From assembly GCA_027923505.1 (NCBI GenBank), contig BROI01000011.1, positions 372,001 to 436,000 on the forward strand: a stretch of 64,000 nt of DNA. The letters run 5' to 3'. The position numbers were made by a program, and so were the translations under genes. The notes under the pieces are model-generated. The model worked only from the letters and a program-made list of their open reading frames with translations, did no database searches and had not been told where the DNA came from. This document shows positions 34,018 through 46,381 of the stretch, piece after piece. Positions within the stretch are counted from its first letter, which is position 1, and every line of letters begins with the position of its first letter. This DNA comes from Mayamaea pseudoterrestris (Eukaryota).

Positions 34018-37000
34018 ATGCCGTTTCAGTCAAGCACGTCAATGCAAGGATCAATTGCCAGCTGCCATAGCAGCCAGCAGAGCGAAAGTCACATAGACGA
34101 TAGCACTACCTCAACCGGCAATGGTACCTCCAATGCAAGCACTACCAACTACCACGAGATTGCTGAAGCAAGACACAAGCTCTTCATTGACGAAAGCAAG
34201 CAAGTCGCCAAGCTCAAGATAGTGATGATTTGCATTATGGTTCTCGCTGCCATTGCTGTCGTTTCGACAGTGTATTATGAATCACACCAAAGTCAATCTG
34301 AGGCCCTCGAGTCGGCGTTCTATTCGAGTGCTGAGAAACTCTTAGGTAAGATGACAGGAAATGCACCATTCGTTTTGGCTCGCTCGGCGTTCTGTGCACC
34401 TCACACGCATCCTTTTTAAAATAGACACCTTTCATAACATTGCGCAGGAAAAGCTTGGTGCATTAAGCTCATTGACTGTCGCGGCTACAGCTCACGGAGT
34501 CGATACAGGTAGCCACTGGCCATTCCTTTCGCTGTCCTACTTCCAGCACAGAGCGATAACCACCCGCACATTGTCTGGTGCTTTGCTCATTACCATGAAC
34601 CCGTTGGTTACCCAAAAGATGCGGAGCGAGTGGGAGTCTTATTCCTTCAACAGCACCGACGCGGCTTGGCACAGTGAAGGATTGGAGTACGAGAGTCAAT
34701 TAGGATATAAAGATTTTGGCGTGTCTTTCGATGCGTCGCATGTCGCGCAGCGTCTCACACTCGATCCTGACTTGAAACTTACTGGATTGGCCAATCGAAT
34801 CTTTACACTTGACGACAAAGGTGATGCCATCATTGATACCTCTCAGGGGCCCTACCTTCCAACTTGGCAAACGTCACCAGTATTCATCAGGACCCTTGTC
34901 AATAGAAATCTATTGACTGACCCTGCGGCAACAGCACCAGCAAATGAAAGCATTTCAACAGGCAGCGTAGTCTTTGGCGGTTTCGAACTGAGTGACGATG
35001 ACCTCGGCAGAGAAACGGAGACTCCGGAGACCAAGCTTTACACCGCACTCTTGAGCATTGCCAAAAAACGGCCGTCCCCATACGTTACAAGTCCTTTGAC
35101 TCGGTAAGTAGCGAAATCAAAAGTGTAGCCTTCTGATCATCTAGTTCATGCCGAACACGTACTTACGCCACCGTCTTTCCTGCATTGTGACAGTGCGTAT
35201 TTGCCAATATTCGATAGCTTTGACGAGGCAACCAAGAAGCCAGTTGCCTTAATGACGGCTTTGATCCGGTGGGAAAGCTATTTTGTCGGCATCCTGCCCA
35301 CCTCTATCCGGGGCATCAACATGGTACTTGACAACAACTGCGGCAACGTTTACACTTTCAAAATCAACGGGCATGAGCCCGATCCAGTTGGTTTAGGTGA
35401 CGAGCATGATGACCGATTCCACAAGTTTGGTCGCATGGCTACCTTTGCAGATGTGCATACAGTTGACGATGGCAGTCCAGATGGAATTCCGCTAAACGAA
35501 GGCCAGTGTCCCTTCCAAATCACTGCATATCCAAATGACATTATGCACGAGGACTATCATACAAACATGCCAGCATTCATCGCGTTCGCCGTCGCCATGG
35601 TCTTCCTCTTCACCTTCATTATGTTTCTGCTTTATGACCGACTCGTTGATCGCCGGCAGAACCTTGTACTTCGTCGAGCGGAACAAACAACAGCCATAGT
35701 CACTTCTCTTTTTCCAAAATCGGTAGCTGATAAGATCATTATGCAGCAAATGAGCATGGATTCCCTTGTTTCAAAAAATCAGAAGTTGAAAACATTCCTC
35801 GACGGAGCCGATGAGGGTAACACATGCATAGCTGACCTCTTTCCAGCTTGCACCGTTTTATATGCAGACATTGCTGGTAAAGATGCTAGGGTACTGCGTC
35901 CAGGAATCTGTACGACGAAATAGCCTCACACTGTCTTTGTACTCTACCCAGGATTCACTGCTTGGTCGTCAACCCGAGATCCATCGCAAGTATTCCAATT
36001 GCTTGAATCCATCTACAACTCATTCGATGAGATTGCAAAGAATCGAAAGGTGTTCAAGGTCGAAACAATTGGAGATTGCTATGGTAGGTGCTCAATCCGC
36101 TCGTCTGCAATTACCTGACATAATTTTTGCACTCAATGTTCTTTCTCCAATTAAAGTTGCCGTCACTGGACTTCCAGATCCACAGGCGAATCATGCGGTT
36201 ATCATGGCTCGGTTTGCCAGTGAATGTTTAGCTAAAATGAACGATGTTACTCGCAAACTTGAAACAATACTTGGACCAGACACGAGAGAGCTCGCTCTCA
36301 GAATCGGGCTGCATTCTGGTCCGGTAACTGCTGGTGTTCTTCGCGGCGATAAGAGTCGTTTTCAACTGTTCGGCGCGACTGTAAATGATGCAGCGCGGAT
36401 GGAGTCGTAAGTAGTGATGCTGCAGCATTCGAGACCGTCTTCCATTGTCCAAACACATTCCTCTTATAGCATAATGCTTCCTCTCGCTCAGATCTGGTGT
36501 GAAGGGACGTATACAAGTTTCCCAGGACACAGCAAACATTCTTGTACTCGCCGGTAAAGGTAGGTCGAAATCGGCTTGCAATATTTAAATGAATTCGAAG
36601 AACCTGGACGCAGCTCACGCACTTTTAAATCATTGCAGAACATTGGCTGACGCCTCGGGACGACTCCGTCGATGCCGTAGGAAAAGGCGTGCTTAAAACA
36701 TTCTGGCTCAATGTGCGCACTAGCAAGGGCACCAGTGGCGTCTCTAGTGGCAACAGCACAGCTCACGAGGAATCCGTCGTTGATGCCGAGATACCAGCCA
36801 GCCAAGGATCTGAGATGCAGAGCAGAACTGGGCGCATGGTGGATTGGATGACTGAGCTTTTGGGCGATTATCTCAAACAAACCATTGCCAAGCGTATACA
36901 TGATCCACCTCTTGACGGAGTTGCTTATTCTGACGTTAAGGTTGATAAGGATCTGGTCGCCATCGATGAGGTCGTTGAGGCAATCGTGTTGCCAATGTTG

Positions 37001-38032
37001 GCTGGAAAGGACGCTCGGGCGCAAAACGACTGGCGAAGTATCGAAATTGATGAGGTTGTTGCCGAACAACTTCGCAAATATGTGTCGGCCATTGCGTCCA
37101 TGTACAGAGACAACCCATTCCACAACTTTGCCCACGCTTGTCATGTCACAATGAGTGTCGCCAAGCATCTCAAACGGATTGTTGCACCAGATATTGAATT
37201 TAGCGCGGAGGAACGCAAGGCCGCCATCAAAAGTAAGGGTGACGCCATGGCAATTCTGCATGACTACACCCACGGCATTAACTCCGATCCCTTGACACAT
37301 TTTGCAATTCTGTTCAGCGGTCTCGTGCATGATGTAGACCACCGAGGAATCTCTAACGCACAGCTTGAAAAGGAGGAACCAGCTATTGCTGCGCATTTCA
37401 AGCACCAAAGTTTGGCCGAGCAAAACTCGCTTGAAATTGCTTGGACGCTCCTCCAGTCGCCCGACTTTTCAGACTTGCGACGCTGCCTCTTCCGTACCAT
37501 GGAGGAAACGTCACGCTTTCGCCAAGTGATTGTTAATGCCGTCATGGCAACGGACATTTTTGACAAGAAGCTTAATCAGTTGCGCAAAAACCGCTGGGAA
37601 AAAGCTTTCGCTCCTGAAGATGGAAGCACTATCGGTGTTGATAGAAACGCTTTGAGAGCCACCATTGTCTTGGAGCATATCATTCAAGCAAGTGACGTCT
37701 CCCATACCATGCAGCATTGGCACGTTTACCGCAAGTGGAACCGTTTATTGTTTCATGAACTGACGCTTGCTTACCGTTCGGGCAAAATGGCAGCTGATCC
37801 AGCGTCATTTTGGTACAAGGGCGAATTAGGCTTCTTTGATGGCTACATCATACCCTTGGCAAAAAAGTTAAAGGATTGCAAGGTATTTGGTGTCAGCAGT
37901 GATGAATGTTTGAATTATGCCATGCGTAATAGAGCAGAGTGGGAAGTGCGAGGCGAGGAAGCCGTTGCCGAAATGGTGAGGGAGTTTGACGACCTTGCTG
38001 ACGCATGCGCCGAAGAGAGGCTGTTCATTTGA
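34018..38032 (+). CDS. Membrane class III nucleotide cyclase - class I phosphodiesterase fusion, copy 2 (multi-exon)
   Basis: Colinear paralogue of 22969-26992: TVLYADIAGFTAW, FKVETIGDCY, GLHSGPVTAGVLRGDKSRFQLFGATVNDAARMES, PFHNFAHACHV, VHDVDHRG and QASDVSH. Confidence 0.9.
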
Positions 38033-38398
38033 GTCGCCTGAGTAAATCTGTAGCGATCTTTGTTACAACATGTTATTACACCGAAAGCAGTAGTGCTGCA
38101 GTATGCGTTGTTCCAAGCGGCATTATAGCAAAGCGTGCCTCTGCTGTCGTTCATCGTCTCTTGAGGACGAGGTGCCCTTTCACACACAATTCCCGTCGCC
38201 GCCCGAGCCGTTTCACTCCACTACTTGCCGGACGGAAGTATAGTCTTTCTGACCTTCGCGTTAATTGTTGTCTTATCTCGTTCACTAATGTTCAAATATG
38301 AGTCTCCGCTTGCGTCCTGACGCTAGCGTTGATGCATTCGCTCACACAGCGTCCCTTGCCTTCGAGTTCCGCGAGACACATTGCTGCGACCATCAATC

Positions 38399-39178
38399 TT
38401 ATCCAGTAAACCACGGTTCACTTTCATCTGGTCCTGGCTTGAGATTGGGCCAGACGTTTTGGTCAGGCGTTCCGCCGCGAAACAGTTCATCGCGGTCCCT
38501 CTCCGCTTGCAGGCGAAAGCGTTCCTCCTTTCGCTCCTGGAACTCCTCCTCCCTTTCGAGTTCATACAAGTCCTTGTCGACTGAGCTTGCAGTAGTCGAT
38601 GAATCTTGATTGTTATCACTGCTAGCAATGTTACTTGAATAATTCTTGCGCCGCGCCATGGAGATGAGCGTCCACGCCTCCAAAATGTCACCCTTGCAGG
38701 CTTCCAGCGCCCAGCAAGCGTCGTCCGCGCCGCAAAAAGCCTTGTTCATTAGATTGACAACCTTGCGATCCGATGGCTCAAAGTAGCAGGGAATGTTGGA
38801 TGCGAGTGAGCGACCGAGGCTTGGTAGTAGATTGTTCACTTCGGTGCCAGTCGAGTCGAACTGAAAGAGTCGTTCCTCGTTGATTTTGGCTTTCTCACTG
38901 TTATCAGCCGGTAACTCAACATAATCGTCGTCGTCTTCATCATCGTCATCATCTGTACTCTTCGGACTAGTAGGTGATGGAGCTCGTCGAGGCGGCAAGG
39001 GATCTTCATAGAGGCGAGCGAGGAAGCGTTTCGATTGACAATGGTCGATGTTGCACACAGTTGCCGAACTTGCTACCGGTAGCTTCATTGGAGGTGAAAC
39101 AAATGCATGAATTTGCGAAAGCAAAAGCGTTCCAAGAAGCGACGTGAGACGTGTATAGCAGCGAGTAGTAGAGGGCAT
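38399..39178 (-). CDS. Plastid-targeted hypothetical protein with UBA/EF-Ts-N-like helical motif
   Basis: Signal peptide ending IHA-FVSP (ASAFAP-type). Motif DDACWALEACKGDILEAW. Confidence 0.7.
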   Translation of the reverse strand: MPSTTRCYTRLTSLLGTLLLSQIHAFVSPPMKLPVASSATVCNIDHCQSKRFLARLYEDPLPPRRAPSPTSPKSTDDDDDEDDDDYVELPADNSEKAKINEERLFQFDSTGTEVNNLLPSLGRSLASNIPCYFEPSDRKVVNLMNKAFCGADDACWALEACKGDILEAWTLISMARRKNYSSNIASSDNNQDSSTTASSVDKDLYELEREEEFQERKEERFRLQAERDRDELFRGGTPDQNVWPNLKPGPDESEPWFTG

Positions 39179-39353
39179 GATGGATGGAAAATGGAAAGTA
39201 GGAGCTGCAAGTAAAAAATGGAAGGCAACAGATGCAAAACGTGAGCATCGGGCGATGTTTGCAGCAGTCGTGGTGCGACACGACGATTCGTCGTCAGCCG
39301 CGACAAATTTTGATTGCAAAGTTGCTCCATCAACTCATTCTACATGTCAAAGC

Positions 39354-39897
39354 ATGGACTCTTCTAGCAATCAAGACATTACATTTGACGACCTGTCCAA
39401 GCAGATTGACGCTTCAGGTCGTGAACTATCGGAATGGTAAGTTTGTCGGTGTCGCTGGAGGCGTCACGAGAGAAAAATCGAATGGAGCGTGACATGACAT
39501 GATTGCATATAAAATGAAACAAAACGGCCTTTATACATTGCGAGTAGATGCATGGAGCGGGAATATAGAAGCTTCGGGCTGCCATGATATTGATGGCTAC
39601 ATGCATGATGTGGCTCATGGCGCCCGCATATTCTCGTCTCACAAGTTACACTTTTCCTGCAGTCTGTTTTCACAGTACGGCATGACCTTTGCCGGAGTTT
39701 CCACTGCTACAGCTTACGCTGTTTATAGAAAGCCTCCCAATGGACTCGCCATTATGATTGGAGCAGGTGTTGCTGGAACAGTTGCCGACTTGGGCTACGC
39801 CTGGACGTCGGCCTGTCAAGTACAAGTCAAGCAGTGGAGTGACTTGCGCAAACTACAGGAGCAGCAGATTCAGGAGCATACGAGGCGGTCTAAATAA
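39354..39897 (+). CDS. Small two-TM protein (~105 aa), loosely Mic10-like; intron 39437-39662
   Basis: Spliced product ...ELSECLFSQYGMTFAGVSTATAYAVYRKPPNGLAIMIGAGVAGTVADLGYAWTSACQ...: two Gly/Ala-rich helices bracketed by Cys, with a basic loop. Confidence 0.6.
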
Positions 39898-40684
39898 TTG
39901 AAGACGGAGTCAGCGATAGGGGTTCTTGTTTATCGGGTGCAAAATGAAACTCAGCTCGTTGACAAGTGCGCAAATGCTTGAGATGCTTTTTCGACAGCAT
40001 CCTTCAATTGTTACCCAGAGAATCCACGATGTCTGAGTGGTCGTACATTATTTGCTGCTCATGTTTAAAGTCTTGACATGGGCTTGTCTGCCTTTCGCTC
40101 TCGGAGTCAATCTGCAGTCGACAATCTCGGTCGCTCGGCGAATTAAGGTTCTCGGCGGAAATTATTGAAGGAAAGGAGCGGGCCGTCAGTATATTACGAC
40201 CCAATTACCATTTATAAAATGACGCTGCATTGCAGAGTCGTCGCTCGTCGCCTTGCTCGCTTCAACTATACTTTCAAATCCAAAGCTCCGCTAGCGAAGC
40301 AATTGGCGTTTCCAGCCCTTTAGCTTGCTTCACCGAGGAACATAGGCGACGAATACACTGTTTCTATTCATGCGGTTTTGGTTCTAAGTTCCTGGTGCTC
40401 TCACGTTCGAGGTTTACATCAGCGTTTCGCCATGGTTTTACTTCAGTAGCAGTAAGTACACTCTACATCACAGTACGTCAGCGACCTAAGTACGAAACGT
40501 GTTATAGTGAAAACTGTGTCACATGGTCGAACGAGCGCTGGCGAGTGGACGGCGAGGCGAAGCCCTTCGAGAAACCGCCACTATACAACGAGCAAAAGCA
40601 TCACCATACTTGCTCAAACTCTCTCCTTGCTTCCATTTGCGACAGCAAAACTATCTAGCACAATATATAAACTACCAGTGCATT

Positions 40685-42533
40685 ATGGCAGCGGCCAAAA
40701 AGATGGACGAGCTGCTCGTGTCATGGCTGTCGAACGATGCCACGTACGAAAGCATCATGGACATGATCAACACGTTTCAAGCCACGGTTTCCGATCATTG
40801 CGCCACGGAACAACTCGACAGTTGTAGCGACATTGACGACGGTTCATCGCATGCTAGTCCCCGTGGCATTATTCCTCCCTTTTATCCAGCGACTACCACC
40901 AACGGGTCATTGGCAGTGAGCGACCGGCGGTTTCGACGCAAGACGGACTCGCTCGGACAGTTGCAGCAGGCGTCGTGGGACGGGTCAGTCGCTGCCATGA
41001 TTCCTGCACCAGTCGCCATGGATGCCGCGTCATCGCAGCGAACATTGTCGGAGGAAGCGGCTGCGGCGAGTGCTGCTGCAGAAACCATTAGCGTGCGCGA
41101 TTTGGTGCAAAGCATTTTTCAAGAGGTTGGAGTGGATGCGACGGCAGCAGCCGAGGAACAAGGAATGAGCAATAGCATGGAAGACAGCATGTCCATCAGT
41201 CGCAAGTATTTGCTGCCGGAGCAGTTTGTTCGGATTACCAAGGATGTTTGTCGGTTTCCTTCCTTTTTCAATGGCCCACTCTATCAACGCATACTCGACC
41301 TTTGGAACGCCATGTCATGCACTCCCAATGAACCTGCTCCGATGAAGTACATTACCTTTGAAATGCTTGAATGGTTCTACAAGTCGGAAATGGAACCCTT
41401 CGACATGGTCGACCGCTTCTTTCGTCTCGTCAAGCAACCGCAACACAATTTCATTGAGCGCAACGACTTTTTGCCATTCATCAAGGCATTGCTGAGCGAC
41501 CACCCAGGTCTGGAGTTTTTATCGAACCATGCCGAGTTTCAGGAAAAGTATGCCGTGACAGTCATTACTCGCATCTTTTACAGTGTCAATACGTGTCACT
41601 CTGGTCGCATGACGTGCCGACAGGTGCGGCGGTCCGACTTGTTGCAAGCCTTTTACCAAGTGGACGAGGAGGAAGACATTAACAAGGTGACTCGCTATTT
41701 GAGTTACGAGCACTTTTATGTATTATACTGTCGATTCTGGGAGCTTGATCATGACCGTGACTATCGCATTACCAAGGATGACTTGCTCAAGTACGGAGAC
41801 CATTCGCTGTCGCACATGGTGGTGGATCGCATATTCGACGCGGCGCCGCGACCATTTGAAGCAGATTCGGCTAGCCGCGAGTTTTTGACGTATGAATCAT
41901 TCATTTACTTCATGTGAGTATTGGTAACGCTGTAGTCAACTGCATGGGTTTGCTTGTTCGTTCGTTGCTCATTCCATGCGCCATCCCTCAATCTTGCTTG
42001 CATCTGACAGGCTCTCGGAGGAGGACAAGAGCAACGAAGTTTCGGTTCGCTACTGGTTCCACTGCGTTGACGTTGATGGCGACGGCAAGCTCAACAATAT
42101 GGAAATGCGATCCTTTTACGCCGTTCAGCTGCATCGCATGCAGTGCATGGGCCACGAGATTGTGCCGTTTGAAGACATGCTTTGCCAAATGATGGACATG
42201 ATCAAGCCAGCGAATCCAGACTATTTTATTGTGGAAGATTTTTTGCAGCCCGAGTGTTGCCAAGTGTCAGGTGCCTTGTTTGACGCACTTTTCAACTTGA
42301 ACAAGTACTTGCTATTCGAGCAGCGCGACCCGTTTGTCGAGCGCCAGAAGCGCGAAGATGAGTTTGACTGCGACTGGGACCGATTTGCCTGCATTGACTA
42401 CAATCGATTGGCCATGGAGGAAGAAGCGCGCGAGGAGGAGGCCATGGAGATTGATTGGGTCACGGTTGACGAGGATGGTGATGCGGCTGCAGCAGCCGCT
42501 GGTGGGCAAATTGCAGGCGTTGCGACGCCTTGA
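40685..42533 (+). CDS. Protein phosphatase 2A regulatory subunit B'' (EF-hand); intron 41914-42010
   Basis: HPGLEFL, FQEKYAVTVITRIFY, SYEHFYVLYCRFWELDHDRD, M|LSEEDK, YWFHCVDVDGDG and FEDMLCQMMDM. Confidence 0.95.
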
Positions 42534-42892
42534 GGAAATGCAGGGTAACGGATGATACATGTATGTCAATGTTGTGCATGGGACAGTATGCTGATTTTAT
42601 ATGTAGTAAAACCATGTGTTAATGTGGCACGATGCTTCATTACGTAAGCACTGCGAAAGCATATATGACTTGTACATTGTCGACCAGCTTTTGCTTAGAT
42701 TCTACACTACAAGGTTTGAATAATGAATTCGTTATCAGTCCTCTCAAGCGATGACCTTGTTTGAAGTTATGCGATGCCAAAGCGTCTTACTTTAACATAA
42801 AGGCAAGGTGCATGTAGCCAAAAAAGCAATTTCCAATCCCTACCGGTGTGCACTTAAATATGATATCGTTTTCTGAGCACTCTACTCCGCAT

Positions 42893-43777
42893 TTATACGA
42901 GGACGGCGTGTTCCATCTGCTTGTAGTCTGTCTCAATCGTCGACGCGCGGCCTTGGTCCACAAGTAAATGCCGACGCAGTCCATCCGCACCTGAACGACT
43001 GAGCAAACTGAGGAGCCAAACAAACCAAAATACTCCAGGCGTCAATACGATAAGGCAAAACGACGAGACAATGGATGCGAGTCGACTTTGCTGCTTCCAG
43101 TTCAGCACTGGATATAGCGCATCGTCAGAATAAGCCGGCCCCCATTCTCCATTTTCGACATAAAATGCATCGACAAGCGTCCACACCAAATAACAAAAGC
43201 AAACCGTCCACAATAGAACAACTTGCGGAAATCGAACTGGTATTCGACCAACCACCAGCCCATCCAGCAAGACGACAATGGCAAACACGCCATGCTCCAT
43301 GAGCGAAACGTACGTCACGGGTCCACCCGTGGTCACGGCCGACCAAAACAAGAAGCAAATACAAATCTCTAATGGCGCCACCAGCGAAAATAAGGCCCAG
43401 GTATTCTTGACAAGTCGACCATGCTTGAAATCATTCAGCGCTTCCGGAGCATACTCACTTCCACCCGAATCGCTTGGTCTGAGCAGCAGCGAGCACAACA
43501 AGGAGCAAAAAAGGTAGCATATAGTCAACAGAAATCCCCAGTGCGTCAAGTATCCCATGTAAATGTACAAGTTGTGCGGCGGATAGGTTGCCAGGTCCTC
43601 GTGAAAGACTTGGAGCGACCAAACGAATAGCGCCAGTCGCAGCAAGCAAACTCCAGGACGCCACCATGTACTCGCAAAGGAACCAACGACATCAATCTTG
43701 TATAATGGTGGTTCGTCGAGTGAATAGAAGGAATGGGATAGTTCGTAGCATAGGCGCTCGTGGAGTCGCATGGCCAT
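42893..43777 (-). CDS. Multi-pass membrane protein, FAR-17a/AIG1 / rolling-stone-like
   Basis: About 6 TM helices with YLTHWG, FW, EHG and LYPVLNW motifs. Confidence 0.7.
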   Translation of the reverse strand: MAMRLHERLCYELSHSFYSLDEPPLYKIDVVGSFASTWWRPGVCLLRLALFVWSLQVFHEDLATYPPHNLYIYMGYLTHWGFLLTICYLFCSLLCSLLLRPSDSGGSEYAPEALNDFKHGRLVKNTWALFSLVAPLEICICFLFWSAVTTGGPVTYVSLMEHGVFAIVVLLDGLVVGRIPVRFPQVVLLWTVCFCYLVWTLVDAFYVENGEWGPAYSDDALYPVLNWKQQSRLASIVSSFCLIVLTPGVFWFVWLLSLLSRSGADGLRRHLLVDQGRASTIETDYKQMEHAVLV

Positions 43778-44321
43778 CAGTCTATGATATAGAAAAAACC
43801 TCGATAATTCGTTGGTAATTGGTACCTCGACTGTTTCGCAAAACGATGGAAATGGGTTTCCTTGTAAACAAAATTTAAATAGCTTTGGTAGATTAGCTTC
43901 AATGCAATTTCGTAGTACAATGTTTAGTTAGATGCAGTACTGGTGGGTGATCAGAAGTGCTCATGGACATGGACAAGCGTCGAATCCCTCCAACCAAAAT
44001 CGGCGATGAGCAACTTTGCAGAACCGCTATGATAGTATGACGTTTTAGAGCGCTAAAACATTCGTTGGCGCGGCGGAAGCAAGAATGATGTTGCATCACT
44101 CGTCGTCGTCGATCGGCCACACAAAACTTCTTCCAACCAATTTGCCTTGCAAAACAAACCCCCACAAATGATATACTAAAGCAATTAATTAGCCAGTGTG
44201 CCTAATTTACAAACAGCTCGACAGTGGCTTCTCTCATCACTCGTCAACGTTCGTCAGCGACATCAATCCGATTTTCCGACCCTCTCCCTCTCCATCAATT
44301 CTGCAAGCATCATCTACGACC

Positions 44322-46160
44322 ATGTCGAATCATCATAGTTTCTACAAGCCCAATGATGAGCTTCCATCAAACGTCAGTACACTTGATCAATTAGCAAGTC
44401 TTCCCGATGACTGCAAGAACGACAGCGACACAATCCGTCCACTAAGGCACGTCAACGAACATGGCCTTGTCGTTCACTACAGCTTGTCGCCCATGAAGTA
44501 CTCCGTGTCCATTATACTATTGGTGGAACTCATGGAGCGTTTGACTTTCTACTCCGTCTTTTACACATTGACCATGTACTTGACGGGTGTCTACAATTCG
44601 AGTTGGAACGCTGGATTCAACTCGATACAGGCGGCCACGTACGTTTCCGTTTCCACCGCCGTGGCCTACACGGCGCCCTTTTGTGGTGCAATCGTTGCCG
44701 ATGCTTGGTTGGGAGACTACAAGACGATACTGTTTGGTGTATTGTGTCTGTACTTGCCGGGGCTGGTGCTAATCATATTGACGACGATACCTCATCTTTT
44801 GGGAGAAGCGTTCAACACGCAAATGCTGTCACTCGCCGTCTTGTGTCTTTGGCCGCTTGGCACTGGCATTGTCAAGTCCGTGGTCAATGTGTTTGGAGCG
44901 AGGCAGTTTCATCCATTTTTGCAGTCATCATTGATTGAGTCATACTATGTCAAGTTTTACTGCTCCATCAACATTGGCGCGTTGGCTGGAATATGCATTG
45001 TGCCAGTCGTGGCTCGAACCTTTGGCTTGACAGTGGCATACTCCATACCAGTAGTCATGCTCATCTTGGCCATGCTCATGTTTGTCGTGGGAACGCCTCG
45101 CTTCATCTCTTCAGAGCCGGCGCATAACTTGTTTCAAATAAAGTCGGCGGCAGGGAGCGATTCTGCGAGTCATAAGCAAATTTCCTTGTCCACCATGTTT
45201 CGCATTTCACTGTTGATTGTTCCATTCTGCATGGCCTACTCGCAAATGCCTACTGTATACGTCTTGCAAGGAATGGTCATGGAAAGAGCCTTTACCTTTG
45301 TGGATGCCGCAACAATCAACTCGATCGATACGATTAGCGTCCTCGTTTTCGGCTACGTTGCAAGTCACTATTTTTATCCAGAGCTGCAACGACGCAACGT
45401 CAAGATACCGACTACATACAAGTTTGCCATTGGATCTTGCTTTGGAGCCCTGTCCATAGGCTGGGCCATGGTAGTCGAAGCTCTTATTCACTCCGCGTAT
45501 AATCGTGATGGGAGTCGAGTGTCCATTCTCTGGCAGACCCCATCCTATATACTAATCGGCATTGGAGAGATATTTGCCGTATCAGCGGCTTATGAAGTGG
45601 CCTTTACAACGTCAACGCCACAAACAAAGGTTTTAGCAAGCGCCATTAACATTTTTTGCGTCGGAGGCATACCAAACATTCTCTGCATCGCTCTCGTGCA
45701 TGCCTGCAAACGATGGTTTCGTAGCAGTCGAGGTAACACCGACCTTCACCTCATACAAGATTATGCCACGGCGCACGTTGGCAACTACTTTCTTGTGTTG
45801 ATTGGAATACTGTTGTTTGGAGTATTCATAAACACGCTTCCACGCGTCCGCGACTTTGTCGACAAGGTGGAACAAACCGTCACCGAGCTAGTACGAACGC
45901 CAATGACGCCACGACACCCACCGACGACGAGATCAGACGAGGAAACGCCACTGCTGCGCCGCACGTTTGGTGATGCGCCGGCGCTATATAAGATGGGGTC
46001 GATGCGGGCTGGCACTGTATCGCAGCTGCCACCTGCTGCTGTCAAGCAAATCAAGGCAAAGTACCTACATCGGCTCTATCAGAAGAAGGCTAGTGCTGGT
46101 GAGGCAAAGCCGTCGCATTCGTCTGAAGCAAGGCCACTAAAGCATAGTGACACACAATAA
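44322..46160 (+). CDS. POT/PTR (NPF) family proton-coupled peptide/nitrate transporter
   Basis: ELMERLTFY (ExxER), GAIVADAWLGDYKTI, GTGIVKSVVNVFGARQF, FYCSINIGAL and WQTPSYILIGIGEIF. Confidence 0.92.
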   Translation: MSNHHSFYKPNDELPSNVSTLDQLASLPDDCKNDSDTIRPLRHVNEHGLVVHYSLSPMKYSVSIILLVELMERLTFYSVFYTLTMYLTGVYNSSWNAGFNSIQAATYVSVSTAVAYTAPFCGAIVADAWLGDYKTILFGVLCLYLPGLVLIILTTIPHLLGEAFNTQMLSLAVLCLWPLGTGIVKSVVNVFGARQFHPFLQSSLIESYYVKFYCSINIGALAGICIVPVVARTFGLTVAYSIPVVMLILAMLMFVVGTPRFISSEPAHNLFQIKSAAGSDSASHKQISLSTMFRISLLIVPFCMAYSQMPTVYVLQGMVMERAFTFVDAATINSIDTISVLVFGYVASHYFYPELQRRNVKIPTTYKFAIGSCFGALSIGWAMVVEALIHSAYNRDGSRVSILWQTPSYILIGIGEIFAVSAAYEVAFTTSTPQTKVLASAINIFCVGGIPNILCIALVHACKRWFRSSRGNTDLHLIQDYATAHVGNYFLVLIGILLFGVFINTLPRVRDFVDKVEQTVTELVRTPMTPRHPPTTRSDEETPLLRRTFGDAPALYKMGSMRAGTVSQLPPAAVKQIKAKYLHRLYQKKASAGEAKPSHSSEARPLKHSDTQ

Positions 46161-46381
46161 GAACTTATTCCACAGATTGTATATAGAAAACAACCTTACG
46201 TCGGAATTTCTACGTTCCATCATATCGTACCAGCGTCAGTCGGCAATGCTGAAACTGTTTCGCCAGCGACATTCAACGTAAGATTAGTCCGAATATTGGT
46301 AGTCTCGATGCCGCTGGTACCGCGAATCAGGCTATCACCCCGAGAGGCTATTTCTACGATTAACACACTTTTATCGCAAAA

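Noticed and set aside
39437..39662. snoRNA hosted in the longer introns (also 60404-60608)
   Set aside because: No convincing C/D box pair with a terminal stem and no H/ACA layout seen.
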